NCBI GenBank assembly: GCA_032654565.1
Contig: JAULAX010000015.1
Coordinates: 352,001-416,000 of the forward strand
Reading direction: 5' to 3'
DNA: 64,000 nt
Origin: Anaeromyxobacteraceae bacterium
Lineage (GTDB): Bacteria; Myxococcota; Myxococcia; Myxococcales; Anaeromyxobacteraceae
The stretch's first letter is position 1; every line of letters begins with the position of its first letter. The translations under genes were made by a program, and so were the position numbers. The notes beneath the pieces were generated by a model. That model was not told the origin of the DNA, made no database searches, and saw nothing but the letters and a program-made list of their open reading frames with translations. Below, in pieces: positions 30,448 through 40,872 of the stretch.

Positions 30448-31670
30448 ACATGACTCGCGACGTCCGCCACGTTCTCCTGATGCCGAGTTTCTATGGCGGC
30501 ACCGTTTGGCTTCTTTGGCTGTTCCTCTATTGGATCAGGCTGATACCGTGGGAGTCCACAAGTGGAACCACGTATGTCTTGTGCGCAGCTCTCACTGCAG
30601 CGTATTGGCTATCCGTCAGTCTTCAGGCCTCCCGCTTTGCGTCGGCGACGGTACATATAGTCGCCACTCGAACGAGGCTGGGCTCAAGCGCCCAAGTCAT
30701 TCTCGCAGTAGCACACTTGGTAGGGTTTGCCGGACTAGCCAAGTACGTATTCGACTTCTCCAACTCGCTTGGCGGACTGGACAAATTCCTGACTCTCCTC
30801 CAGGAATCGCCTCATGCCATCCGATGGGAAAGCGAGATTACGAGCTCCATCGGAACTCAGATCTCCTACGTGGGTTGGCTAGCGACCTGGATTACAACCA
30901 CATTCGTGTTCACGGGTGGTCTGCGAAAGCGGTGGCTGGTCCTGGCTGCAATAGGCATTGCAGGCAATCTAATGTTCATTGATCGCACACGACCCATCTG
31001 GATTCTATTTACGATAGCGTGTCTCACAGTTACGTTAATAGAGCACGTAACTGTACGGCAACTTTCTTTGGCTTTCGCAGGTGTCATAGCCGGCGGAGTT
31101 GCTCTATTCGTCGCGCTTGGCCTATGGAGTGGGAAGATTTCCGAAGACAATGCATTCTCGGGGCCTGGACTTTCGATCGAACTGGCAAACGTGTATGCGT
31201 ATGGAACTTCCGGATTCGCCTATCTAAACCATGCAGTGGAGACTGACAGGGACTTCGGATACGTGCCGATACGACTTCTCTACCCAGCCCTCAAGGCTCT
31301 ATCTTCTGTAGACCTAATCGATGCGCCGCCAAGTCAAGTGCTTGCGTTCCGATCCGTACCATATGACACCAATGTTGGGACTATCCTTGAGCCATTCCAT
31401 AGCGATGGTGGCCTCCTGTTTGCGTTCTTCGGCATCTGGATACTGTCCTTTGGGTTGGATGCCGTTGCGCTATACCTTTGGCGTCAACGAAGCGTGCTGG
31501 CAAGAATTGCTGCCGCAAACCTCTGCTTCCTAAGTGTTATCGGGTTCTTCACGCCGAAGATCGCATCCTTCCCAATGTGGCTATTCGTTGGAACAGGATT
31601 GTGCGCCGCATGGGCGACTGGACATACGTTGAACGCGAGCCGGACCCCGACGAGTCGAATCAGCCGTTGA
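30444..31670 (+). CDS. wzy: O-antigen/repeat-unit polymerase (Wzy-like)
   Basis: Multi-TM protein with late loop TNVGTILEPFHSDGG typical of Wzy. Confidence 0.7.
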   Translation: MNMTRDVRHVLLMPSFYGGTVWLLWLFLYWIRLIPWESTSGTTYVLCAALTAAYWLSVSLQASRFASATVHIVATRTRLGSSAQVILAVAHLVGFAGLAKYVFDFSNSLGGLDKFLTLLQESPHAIRWESEITSSIGTQISYVGWLATWITTTFVFTGGLRKRWLVLAAIGIAGNLMFIDRTRPIWILFTIACLTVTLIEHVTVRQLSLAFAGVIAGGVALFVALGLWSGKISEDNAFSGPGLSIELANVYAYGTSGFAYLNHAVETDRDFGYVPIRLLYPALKALSSVDLIDAPPSQVLAFRSVPYDTNVGTILEPFHSDGGLLFAFFGIWILSFGLDAVALYLWRQRSVLARIAAANLCFLSVIGFFTPKIASFPMWLFVGTGLCAAWATGHTLNASRTPTSRISR

Positions 31671-31677
31671 CCCGCCG

Positions 31678-32826
31678 CTACATTCCAGGTGTAGCTCCCG
31701 GGGGCGGTTGGCAGCACAATCCAAGCGCCGTCAATATCACGAGATTTACTGAATGTACGTCAAATCTGGATTCAGCTAGGCCCCTTGAGCGATCAGCCAT
31801 TTGGTCAAGATGTTTGGAGCACAGAGCATGCATAAGCGCTGAAGCCAGAGCATCAGAGTTCCTTGCTGGTACCAACCAGCCATTGACGCCCGCCACAACC
31901 GTTTCGCGACAACCGGGAACGTCTGTAGTTATGACAGGTCGCCCCACGGCAAGCGCCTCCAATGTGGACCGAGGCGTTCCCTCGCCGTAAGAAGGCAACA
32001 CGAACACGTGGGCCGATTCCAAGTGCGGAAGCACATCAGCAACTTCCCCAAGATACTCGAGCCCACCGCGACGCAGCAAAACCTCAAGTTCGCCACTCGT
32101 AATACCGGTCGGGTTCGGATCCATAGGCCCAATTAGCTGAAGACGAGCGTCAGGAAACCTACTGTGCACGGCTTGAGCGGCCTCCGCATATTCAAATAGG
32201 CCTTTGTCCCGCAATAGACGAGCAACCATCAGGAACACAAATGGCGACCGAGCGGGGAGGGGGGCTTGGCGGAATCGCTTGAGGTTGACCCCCGAACCTC
32301 GGATCTGAAAGACCCGATGGTGCGTTCGGACCAGGCGCTTCTCTCGGAAGAACCTCTCGTCATCGGGGTTTTGAAAAAATACGGTATCCGCAGCAAGCAG
32401 ACCAAGTCGGTAAAGGAATCTCAAAAGACCGCTTAGAAAGGGGTGCATCCCCGAGTAATCGCCTAGGGCCGAACCCACCCCGGTTACCATTGAAGCCCGT
32501 CGCGGAACGCCAGCAATCCAGGCGGCCAAGGAACCAAAGATGACGGGCTTTGCCGTATAACTCAGTAGGACATCGGGACGTTCTTTGCGGAAGAGCCTCC
32601 AAAGGCTGATGAGGTACCCAAGGTCTGCTAAGGGGTTGAGCCCAGTCCGGGAAAGAGATACGGCCTCGAATCGAGCACCAAGAAAGGCCAATGCCGAAGT
32701 TGAGCTCCTATCCCCCCCCGGCGCGGAAACTACAACATGGTGGCCAGCCGCAATGATCGCGGCAAGCATATCACCGCGAAAATTGATGAGCGAAAAGGCA
32801 GAAGGACCTAGGACTACCACCTTCAT
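31678..32826 (-). CDS. GT4 glycosyltransferase (CapM/PglA-like)
   Basis: NFRGD, YTAKPVIFG, ARLLRDKG, FVLPSYGEGTPRSTLEA. Confidence 0.9.
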   Translation of the reverse strand: MKVVVLGPSAFSLINFRGDMLAAIIAAGHHVVVSAPGGDRSSTSALAFLGARFEAVSLSRTGLNPLADLGYLISLWRLFRKERPDVLLSYTAKPVIFGSLAAWIAGVPRRASMVTGVGSALGDYSGMHPFLSGLLRFLYRLGLLAADTVFFQNPDDERFFREKRLVRTHHRVFQIRGSGVNLKRFRQAPLPARSPFVFLMVARLLRDKGLFEYAEAAQAVHSRFPDARLQLIGPMDPNPTGITSGELEVLLRRGGLEYLGEVADVLPHLESAHVFVLPSYGEGTPRSTLEALAVGRPVITTDVPGCRETVVAGVNGWLVPARNSDALASALMHALCSKHLDQMADRSRGLAESRFDVHSVNLVILTALGLCCQPPPGATPGM

Positions 32827-34790
32827 GATTGAAGGCCGAACCTAGGGTGAGCGTCCAACCAGGCCTGAAACATCAAGACCGCCCAGAGTTCATATTGCTG
32901 ATTGCGTCGTCCAGACATATGGGCCTCAAGAAGTCTCTGAACAGGTTCAGGCCGAAGGTACCCTTGCCTGCGAAGTCGGTCGACTGACAAGAGGTCCTCA
33001 GCCCATGAACGTAGAGGACCGCGCAACCAAGCATCAATCGGAACGCCAAAGCCCTGCTTCGGGCGCTCCAGAAGCGAACTGGGCAACATTCTGTCCAGCA
33101 AACGGCGCAACAGCCACTTTCCTCTTCCATTTCGAATCTTCTGGTTGAGAGGGAGCCGCCAGCCGAACTCAATAAGACGATGGTCGAGAAAAGGACACCG
33201 CGCCTCAAGGCTCACAGCCATTGTTGCTCGGTCAAGCTTGGTCAGAATGTCGCTCGGAAGATATCGAAGTTGGTCGTCAAGCATCATTCTGTGCGCAGGC
33301 GCGCGAAGAAACGAATCTCCAAACAGCTCCTCCGCGCTGTTACTTGGCTCGAAGCCACCAAGAACCAATTCCCCGGGCTCCTGCCAAGTCGATATGAGCC
33401 TGCGTCTTAAGTCCACGAGGCTGGCGACACCCACTAGTCCAGCCAGCTTTTGAACCCTATTGCCTGAAAGCAGTCCCATATAGCGGACTGGCAAAAGGTG
33501 ATCGGCGTACCTACCCAAAGCGTCCCATCGTTCGGGCAACACATCGCGAAGTAGCGCCGCTAGCCAAACCCGCAGTGGGAGGGGCAACCCTGAGAGAATG
33601 CGCCATAGTCGTGGTCCGGCGACATAGCGCCGATAGCCGCCAAGCGCCTCGTCACCTCCGTCCCCCGAGAGTGCTACGGTGACCTGCGAACGTGCCAAAC
33701 GCGCAACAAGCAGCGTCGGAATCTGGGATGAGTCGGAAAAGGGCTCGTCAAACACATCCGGAAGCTTGGGAACTACTCGAACCGCATCGTCTGATGTAAC
33801 GGTCAACTCAGTATGATCAGTACCCAGGCGCTGTGCTACTGCTCTAGCCCAAGCGATCTCATCGTATTCACGCTCCTGAAATCCAATGGAAAAGGTCTGT
33901 ACGCGACGGCTACTAAGCGTTTGCATGGTCCCGACAACCGCAGTGGAATCAATGCCACCGGAAAGAAATGCGCCCAACGGGGTGTCTGCTACCATCCGCA
34001 GGCGAACCGAATCAACCAGCAATGAGCGCAATTCCTCTTCAGCGGCATCATCATCCAATTCAGCCGGATGGAGTTCCGAATCTGCGGCGATAGCGGAAAC
34101 ATCCCAGAAACACTTCGTCTTCAGAGACCCATGAGGGTGATGTGTTCCGATAGCTGCCCAGCTTGCGGGCGGCAACTTGAAGACGCCGTCGTAAATGGTC
34201 ATCGGAGCCGGGATGGAGCAATAGCGAAAGTATGTCGTGAGGGCGTTGCGGTCCACGGAAGGGGAAAACCCTGGAACAACACACAGGGCCTTGAGCTCGG
34301 AACCGAACAGAAATACACCGCCCGACCAAGAGTAATAGAGTGGCTTTTTGCCAAGGCGGTCCCGCGCCAGAAGAAGCTGTCTTTCCTGCTGATCCCATGT
34401 AGCAATCGCGAACATACCCCAAAGGCGGGGTAGCGTGGCCTCAAAGCCCCAAGTATCAAGCGCTCCCAGCAGGACTTCGGTGTCGCTTCGCCCTCGGAAC
34501 CGGACCCCCGCGCGTTCCAGTTCAATTCTCAGGTCTGCGAAGTTGTAAATTTCGCCATTGAAGACCGCCGTGTAGCGCCCGCTTCCACTCGTCATTGGCT
34601 GGCGCCCGTCGATAGTAAGGTCAAGTATTGCCAAACGCCGAAAGCCGAGGGCGACGGCTCCGTCTGGCGACACCCAGGACCCGGCGTCATCGGGTCCCCG
34701 ATGGACCAACGTGTTGGCCATGGCGCCGGCCAACCGAATGCGGTCGGCTGGCTGTCCAACGGGTCCCATCAGTCCTGCGAAGCCGCACAT
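32823..34790 (-). CDS. asnB: Asparagine synthase-like glutamine amidotransferase (polysaccharide amidation)
   Basis: MCG start, HRGPDD, NGEIYN, FLSGGIDS, SGDGGDE, KQGF. Confidence 0.92.
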   Translation of the reverse strand: MCGFAGLMGPVGQPADRIRLAGAMANTLVHRGPDDAGSWVSPDGAVALGFRRLAILDLTIDGRQPMTSGSGRYTAVFNGEIYNFADLRIELERAGVRFRGRSDTEVLLGALDTWGFEATLPRLWGMFAIATWDQQERQLLLARDRLGKKPLYYSWSGGVFLFGSELKALCVVPGFSPSVDRNALTTYFRYCSIPAPMTIYDGVFKLPPASWAAIGTHHPHGSLKTKCFWDVSAIAADSELHPAELDDDAAEEELRSLLVDSVRLRMVADTPLGAFLSGGIDSTAVVGTMQTLSSRRVQTFSIGFQEREYDEIAWARAVAQRLGTDHTELTVTSDDAVRVVPKLPDVFDEPFSDSSQIPTLLVARLARSQVTVALSGDGGDEALGGYRRYVAGPRLWRILSGLPLPLRVWLAALLRDVLPERWDALGRYADHLLPVRYMGLLSGNRVQKLAGLVGVASLVDLRRRLISTWQEPGELVLGGFEPSNSAEELFGDSFLRAPAHRMMLDDQLRYLPSDILTKLDRATMAVSLEARCPFLDHRLIEFGWRLPLNQKIRNGRGKWLLRRLLDRMLPSSLLERPKQGFGVPIDAWLRGPLRSWAEDLLSVDRLRRQGYLRPEPVQRLLEAHMSGRRNQQYELWAVLMFQAWLDAHPRFGLQS

Positions 34791-34792
34791 GA

Positions 34793-35911
34793 CTAGCTCC
34801 CCTTCAATTCGGACGCCCTGCCGGCCCTGGCTGTTTCAACAAGCATGCGCAACAAACGCGGTGAAGCCGACGCCAACGAATAGTGATCCTCCGCACGGGT
34901 GCGGCCGGCTGCTCCCATCGCGAGGCGTGCTTCTTCCGACCGAGCCAAAAAGGTTAGGGCGGCAAGCCATTCTTCGGGCCCCTCTGCAAGAAGTCCGGTT
35001 TGTCCCGGAAGGACAATGCTTGAGTTGACACCGACCGGAGAGGCAATCACAGGAACTGAACATCCCATGTACTGGATCAATTTGAAGCCGCACTTGCCGC
35101 GCTCCCAAGATGCGTCGGGTAAGGGCATAATCCCAACGTCAAAGGAGCGAATGGAGGCAGCCTCAGTATCGCTCGACCAAGCAACGGGCTTTAGGGGCAC
35201 GCCAGGCATTCTGAACGAGCCACTAACACCAACGACGGACAGGACGCCCCCCGACTCCTGGCAAAAGTGACTCAAAACGGGTGCCAGAGACAGAAGGTAG
35301 TCCTGAGTGCTAGGAGACCCTATCCAGCCAACCGAAAATGGACGGCCACGTTGAGAAGGGGCGCCTGTGGGATATCGGTCCAAGTTGATGACTGTTGGCA
35401 ATATGGCTACTTGGCGGGCGCCGGCTGCCGTTGCGTGGTCAGCAATGTATTGATTCCCCGCAACAACCAAAGTAGCGCGAGCCATCACTCCGTCAATCTT
35501 CTTGCCAAGCAGTCCACGGACAACCGAACTGCGGTGAGTATCATAGCGATGAAAGATGGCGTCATCATAGTCAACAACAACTGGGGTGCCCCGACGCAGA
35601 AGCGGGCGCTCTAAGAAATCAGGCAGGAATGGAAATAGCTCCTTCTCCATCCAAAGCAGATCGTATTGGCGAGACCCCAAGAGCCAATAGAGGCGCTTCA
35701 GCCCCGACCAAAGGAGAGCAAGAGGACGCTTCGTAGCCCCGCCGTAGAGACTGCGAACGTAGTCTTCTCCGAGGAGAGGCGCTTCGTCGATCTGAAGGCC
35801 CATGCTCCGCAGATACGGAAGGTACTGGTAGACCCGATAGCGGCTACTCGCCCCAGAGGCGTCGTAGCGGCTGAGCGCCAAGATTCGCAACGTGGCCCCC
35901 TCACCGTCCAA
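34793..35911 (-). CDS. GT4 glycosyltransferase
   Basis: ASSRYRV, DYDDAIF, GWIGS, GKCGFKLIQYM; start uncertain. Confidence 0.88.
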   Translation of the reverse strand: MDGEGATLRILALSRYDASGASSRYRVYQYLPYLRSMGLQIDEAPLLGEDYVRSLYGGATKRPLALLWSGLKRLYWLLGSRQYDLLWMEKELFPFLPDFLERPLLRRGTPVVVDYDDAIFHRYDTHRSSVVRGLLGKKIDGVMARATLVVAGNQYIADHATAAGARQVAILPTVINLDRYPTGAPSQRGRPFSVGWIGSPSTQDYLLSLAPVLSHFCQESGGVLSVVGVSGSFRMPGVPLKPVAWSSDTEAASIRSFDVGIMPLPDASWERGKCGFKLIQYMGCSVPVIASPVGVNSSIVLPGQTGLLAEGPEEWLAALTFLARSEEARLAMGAAGRTRAEDHYSLASASPRLLRMLVETARAGRASELKGS

Positions 35912-35977
35912 AGAACGTTACAACGTACCGATGACGCCTCTTGTCATGAAGAGTAACATGCGCGAGGGAGGAGAAGA

Positions 35978-37015
35978 GTGATTAGCATGTTCGTAGCCCC
36001 GTTCGTCAGTTTGGCCATTTCGTTCATTGTGACCAAATGGACCCGCAAAGCGGCGCTGAAGCGCTCGGTCGTGGACCACCCCAATGAACGAAGCGCACAC
36101 ATCACCCCAACACCCCGGCTAGGCGGGATAGGTATAATGGCGGGGTTTATCCCGGCAGCGCTAGCGGTCGCGGCGATCGACGACGCCAGCAACTCAGTAT
36201 TCGTGGCGTTGGCCGGAACGGCTGCAATATCTCTACTAGGTCTCATTGATGACTTGCGCCCACAACCAGCGTGGCGGCGCCTTCTGGTTCATGTTCTTGC
36301 TGCTGCCATGGTAGTCGGCTCGTCTTGGTCGAATCTTCCTGCAGCTTGGACTCTGTTCGGAATCGCGACGCCACACTGGGCTCTTGGAATCTTGTCTGTA
36401 CTTTGGATTGCTTGGTGGACCAATCTCTACAATTTCATGGACGGGATCGACGGGTTGGCGGGCGGGCAGGCCGTGGTTGCGTTTGGTGCGCTTGCGATCG
36501 TTGGCTATTCGGGTGGGGCCGCCGTTTCATCAACTCTTGCTTTGATCCTACTGGCGTCTTCGCTAGGGTTTCTATTCTTCAATTTTCCGCCGGCCACCAT
36601 ATTCATGGGGGACGTCGGCTCAACCAGCATAGGGTTTCTCCTCGGCAGTCTGCCACTGGTCTCGCCAGGTGGAGCTATTCCGGTCGAGGCGGCGGGTTTG
36701 GCGGCCGCGCTCTTCTTCCTGGATGCAACCTGGACCCTCCTCCGGCGCATGTTCAAGCGAGAGCGCCTCTCCCAAGCACATCGGTCACACGTCTATCAGC
36801 GGCCCCTCGCGCTTGGCGTCAGCCACCGAACCATCACGCTCACTGCATACGCAGGAATGCTCGTCGTTGGAGCATGTAGCATCACATACCGTGATTGTCA
36901 CACCTTGGGACGACTAAGTCTATTGACCGCTGCGATACTAGTCTTCGGGCTGTTCGCGGTTCTGGTCGAGCGTCTTGAGCGGCATTTCCATTCGAACGGG
37001 CCGGCAAGTCCTTAA
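35978..37015 (+). CDS. MraY/WecA-family undecaprenyl-phosphate sugar-1-phosphate transferase
   Basis: DHPNERSAH..TPRLGG, GLIDD, NLYNFMDGIDGL, IFMGDVGS, AHRSHVYQ. Confidence 0.9.
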   Translation: MISMFVAPFVSLAISFIVTKWTRKAALKRSVVDHPNERSAHITPTPRLGGIGIMAGFIPAALAVAAIDDASNSVFVALAGTAAISLLGLIDDLRPQPAWRRLLVHVLAAAMVVGSSWSNLPAAWTLFGIATPHWALGILSVLWIAWWTNLYNFMDGIDGLAGGQAVVAFGALAIVGYSGGAAVSSTLALILLASSLGFLFFNFPPATIFMGDVGSTSIGFLLGSLPLVSPGGAIPVEAAGLAAALFFLDATWTLLRRMFKRERLSQAHRSHVYQRPLALGVSHRTITLTAYAGMLVVGACSITYRDCHTLGRLSLLTAAILVFGLFAVLVERLERHFHSNGPASP

Positions 37016-37095
37016 GTTGCGAAATCAGAAATGAGGCCAGCGGCCAATAATGACTGCAGTACTTAGAATCTCCTAGAATCATTTCCCGACGGGCG

Positions 37096-38283
37096 TTGGT
37101 GTCCCGCATGCCGCGGACAACAGCACTGAGGACAAGAGTGACCCCGAAGCAAATGCGCATGTTACGAGCCCGGGAGCGCTCCTTCCTTTTGGGCGCGCTC
37201 TTCCATCCAGTAGAGATGGCGGACAGGCTCAGAGACCTAGCGAATTGTGGTCTTGACTGGAAAGCCATTGGCCGGCAGGCCGAGATGCTTGGCCTAAGTC
37301 CCTTGGTCTACGATGCCATCTGTCAGGCGGAAGTTCATTCTTTGGTGAGGCCGGACGAACTGGCACGATTCGCCGCCGCCGCCGCTCTAAATGCAGCCCA
37401 GAACGCGCTGTTTGCCCGTACTGCGGCGCAAGTCCAGCGGCATCTTGCGGGAGCGGGTATTGCATCCCTGACAATCAAGGGTACGGCCTTCGCCCTAAGC
37501 GCGCCTGCGTACTATTCGGTGCGCAGGCAGTCCGACGTCGACCTCCTGGTCGAGCCTGGGCGCGCGGAGGCGGCTTGGGAAGCCCTTCTCGCCCTCGGAT
37601 TCCGCGGCGAAAGTCACATTGTGGGATTTGAGGGTCGGTCACCTGATGGCGCCTTCGGTCGGAGGCCTATAGACCACCACTTGCCGCCATTAGAGTTCGG
37701 CGGCGTTTCGGTGGAGCTTCACACTAGGCTGCCTGGAGCGGACGGAAGCGCCAACAGTGGTCAACTCTGGAAAGACAGAATCACTTCCGAGTCGACTGGA
37801 CTAGTGACGCCGTCACTTGACGATCAGTTGGGTATTCTTTGTGACCATGTCTACGTGCACCACCACGGCCAACGAAGTCTGTTGCCGCGTCATGTTTCTG
37901 ACTTTCACGTGCTGGTCGCGGCCGGTGCTTCAATTGAATCAGCTAAGGCGAACTACAGTCGAACTGTGGCTCTATCGGAGAAGTTGGTTGAAGAGTCGCG
38001 CGTGGCGCAACTAAGGCCGGACATTCTAAGCAGCCGGGGAGCAAGTGAGGCCTTGGCACCTTGGTGGATGATTGGCACCAGACTTGGCACTCGTCTCTTC
38101 GCAAGCTGGAGGGCATTCGCAGTTCGTGGCGAAGCGCTACGACAGAATGGTCTCTCACTGTTCTTTCCCGCACCAAGCTACATGGCGTGGAGGTACGGAT
38201 TTGAAAGGCGTCCGGCCTTCTTGGTACTACTTTATCCATGGAGGTGGCTTAGCGCGGTCTGGAAGGTTGTTTCGGGGCGCTAA
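37096..38283 (+). CDS. NTP_transf_5-like nucleotidyltransferase
   Basis: TIKGTAF..RRQSDVDLLV, VELH; start uncertain. Confidence 0.75.
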   Translation: MVSRMPRTTALRTRVTPKQMRMLRARERSFLLGALFHPVEMADRLRDLANCGLDWKAIGRQAEMLGLSPLVYDAICQAEVHSLVRPDELARFAAAAALNAAQNALFARTAAQVQRHLAGAGIASLTIKGTAFALSAPAYYSVRRQSDVDLLVEPGRAEAAWEALLALGFRGESHIVGFEGRSPDGAFGRRPIDHHLPPLEFGGVSVELHTRLPGADGSANSGQLWKDRITSESTGLVTPSLDDQLGILCDHVYVHHHGQRSLLPRHVSDFHVLVAAGASIESAKANYSRTVALSEKLVEESRVAQLRPDILSSRGASEALAPWWMIGTRLGTRLFASWRAFAVRGEALRQNGLSLFFPAPSYMAWRYGFERRPAFLVLLYPWRWLSAVWKVVSGR

Positions 38284-38340
38284 AAACATGTTTCAAAACG
38301 ACGCTAGTCACCGAAAGTCAGATATGGGTCCCAAATGCTG

Positions 38341-39354
38341 CTAATCTGCAATCGCGGTTGGCCCGTAGGTCTTCGCCGCTAGCGCAATCCCCTCAGTGAC
38401 AGCCACGGTTGGAGTGTATGTCAGTAGACGCCGCGCCCGAGAGATGTCGGCCAGGGAATGGCGGATGTCTCCGTCGCGGAACGGCCGCTGGATCAACTGG
38501 AGCCCCGCCGCCTTCGGCCGCACCTTAGCCACCTCGCCGCGCATCAGTTCGAAGAGTCGCTTCAGCGTCGTCTGCTCGCCGAAGGCCACGTTGTATACCT
38601 TCCCCGGCGCTTCGCCGTCCTGCGTGGTAGCCGCCAGCAGGTTGGCCTGCACCACGTTCTCCACGAAGCAGAAGTCCCGACTCGTTTCCCCGTCGCCGTT
38701 CACGTACGCCGGCGTGTCTTCGTATAGGCAGCGGAACCAGATCGGGATCACCGCAGCGTAGGGTCCTTCCGGATCCTGCCGCGGCCCGAAGACGTTGAAG
38801 TACCGAAGCCCCATCAGTTCCAGCCCGTAGGCCGCGCCGAACACGTGCGCGTAGAGCTCGTTTGCGTACTTGGTCACAGCATAAGGCGAGAGCTGCCGCC
38901 CGACATGATCCTCCACCTTCGGAAGGGTCGGGTGGTCTCCGTATACCGAGCTCGAGCTGGCGTAGACCACTCGCTTGATACCCGCCGCGCGCGCTGCCTG
39001 CAGCACGTTCAGGAAGCCGGTGACGTTCACGTTGTGGCTCGTCACCGGGTCGAGGATCGATCTCGGCACGGATCCCAGAGCAGCCTGGTGCAGGATTAGT
39101 TCCACCCCCTGGCAGGCCGAGGCGCAGGCTGCTGGGTCCCGGATGTCTCCTTCAATCACCTCGAGGTTGTCCCGACGGGCCCCGATCGCCGCTTCAAGGT
39201 TTCGCCGGTGGCCAGTGGCGAAGTTGTCGAGCACCCGCACCCGCTGCCCGAGCCGCAGCAGGTGCTCAACCAGGTGCGATCCGATGAACCCCGCCCCCCC
39301 GGTCACCAGCCAGGTTGCCTGCCGCGTGGCGACCGCCGTTTCCCAGGGAGCCAT
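38341..39354 (-). CDS. UDP-GlcNAc(A) 4-epimerase (WbpP/TviC-like)
   Basis: WLVTGGAGFIGS, HQAALGSVPRS, SPYAVTK, GDGETSRDF. Confidence 0.9.
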   Translation of the reverse strand: MAPWETAVATRQATWLVTGGAGFIGSHLVEHLLRLGQRVRVLDNFATGHRRNLEAAIGARRDNLEVIEGDIRDPAACASACQGVELILHQAALGSVPRSILDPVTSHNVNVTGFLNVLQAARAAGIKRVVYASSSSVYGDHPTLPKVEDHVGRQLSPYAVTKYANELYAHVFGAAYGLELMGLRYFNVFGPRQDPEGPYAAVIPIWFRCLYEDTPAYVNGDGETSRDFCFVENVVQANLLAATTQDGEAPGKVYNVAFGEQTTLKRLFELMRGEVAKVRPKAAGLQLIQRPFRDGDIRHSLADISRARRLLTYTPTVAVTEGIALAAKTYGPTAIAD

Positions 39355-40677
39355 CTAGGCCTTCACCAACCGGCAGGGCACCGTTCGCCCAGCGAAGAGT
39401 GGCGCCACCAGGTTTCTGGCATCCACCGCCAGTTTTACGCCGGCCCAGAGATCGGCGTTCTTGAACGCCTCGTGTGCGGTCGAGACCACCACAGCGTCGT
39501 AGCGGGCGAAGGTGTCGGCGTCACAGGGGACCGACTTGAGCGCCAGATCATGGTGCCGCCCCTTGCGCGCAGTTGGAAAATGCGGATCGCAGTAGTCGAT
39601 CCGTGCCCCCAACTCCTGGAGCAGCTCCAAGATTTCATAGGACGGCGATTCCCTGTCGTCGTCCACGTTCGCCTTGTAGGCCAGTCCAAGCACCAGCACC
39701 CGCGAACCCTTGAGCGCCTTGCCGTCCTCGTTGAGGGCGTGCATCACCTTGTCCACCACGTAGCGCGGCATCCGCGTGTTGATCTCGCCGGCCAGCTCGA
39801 TGAACCGCGCCCACTCCCCGTGCTCGGCCGCCTTCCAGGAGAGGTAGAACGGGTCGAGCGGGATGCAGTGCCCACCCAGCCCGGGCCCCGGGTAGAACGG
39901 CATGAAGCCGAACGGCTTGGTGGCCGCCGCAGCGATCACCTCCCAGACGTCGATCCCCATCTTGTCGAGAATCACCTTCAGCTCATTCACCAGCGCGATG
40001 TTGACGGACCTGAAGATGTTCTCCAGCAGCTTGGAGGATTCGGCCACCCGGCTGGAGGAGACCGCCACCACCTTGTCGAGGCCAGCCGTGTAGAGCGCCA
40101 CCGCCGCCGCGGTCGATGGCACGTTGACCCCTCCCACCACCTTCGGGATCGACCGGGTCGTGAAGTCCTTGCGTCCCGGATCCTCGCGCTCGGGAGAGAA
40201 GGCCAGCAGGAAGTCCTCCGGGCACTTCAGGCCGCCCTTCTGGAGGATCGGCAGCACCTCGCCGTCCGTGGTGCCCGGGTAGGTGGTGGACTCCAGGACC
40301 ACCAGTTGCCCGCGCCGAAGCCGCTTCGCGATCTCTTCCGAAGTCCGATGGATGTAGGAGTTGTCCGGCTCGCGATGCAGGCCGAGGGGTGTCGGCACGC
40401 AGATGATGATGGCGTCGCACGAACGCAGCCCGTCGAAGTCGGTGGTGGCGTTGAACTTACCGCTCGTAACCGCCTTCTTCACCCGCTCCGGCCCGATGTG
40501 CTTGATGTATGACTCGCCCCGGCCGATGGCCGACACCTTGACCGGGTCGAGGTCGAAGCCGGTCACCGAGAAGCCGGCCTCGCAGAAGACCAGCGCCAGC
40601 GGCAGCCCAACGTAGCCCTGGCCGATGACGCCGATTCGCGCGGTGCGGTCGTTGATCCTGGAAAGCAACGCGTTCAT
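39355..40677 (-). CDS. UDP-N-acetylhexosamine 6-dehydrogenase (WbpA/WecC-like)
   Basis: GQGYVGLP, ESTTYPGTT, FSPERED, GGHCIPLDP. Confidence 0.9.
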   Translation of the reverse strand: MNALLSRINDRTARIGVIGQGYVGLPLALVFCEAGFSVTGFDLDPVKVSAIGRGESYIKHIGPERVKKAVTSGKFNATTDFDGLRSCDAIIICVPTPLGLHREPDNSYIHRTSEEIAKRLRRGQLVVLESTTYPGTTDGEVLPILQKGGLKCPEDFLLAFSPEREDPGRKDFTTRSIPKVVGGVNVPSTAAAVALYTAGLDKVVAVSSSRVAESSKLLENIFRSVNIALVNELKVILDKMGIDVWEVIAAAATKPFGFMPFYPGPGLGGHCIPLDPFYLSWKAAEHGEWARFIELAGEINTRMPRYVVDKVMHALNEDGKALKGSRVLVLGLAYKANVDDDRESPSYEILELLQELGARIDYCDPHFPTARKGRHHDLALKSVPCDADTFARYDAVVVSTAHEAFKNADLWAGVKLAVDARNLVAPLFAGRTVPCRLVKA

Positions 40678-40872
40678 CGAGCCCCCGGCAGAAATCAGTT
40701 GAAGCGGCAGTCTAGTGCGTGATTCGAAATCGAGATAGTTCGAAGCGGTCAACCCCGACTCCTAGTCCGCGTCCGTCCCATCTGTTAAGGTGCGCCCTCG
40801 CTCGTACCTGCAGGGGGGGTAAGACCGTTGGGTGACCCGGTTCCACAGGATTCATTGGTACATTCCTCTCTC

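Noticed and set aside
32823..38283. Lasso-peptide cluster (asnB + NTP_transf_5)
   Set aside because: AsnB has an intact N-terminal Cys glutaminase domain; no precursor, PqqD or B2 peptidase; polysaccharide context
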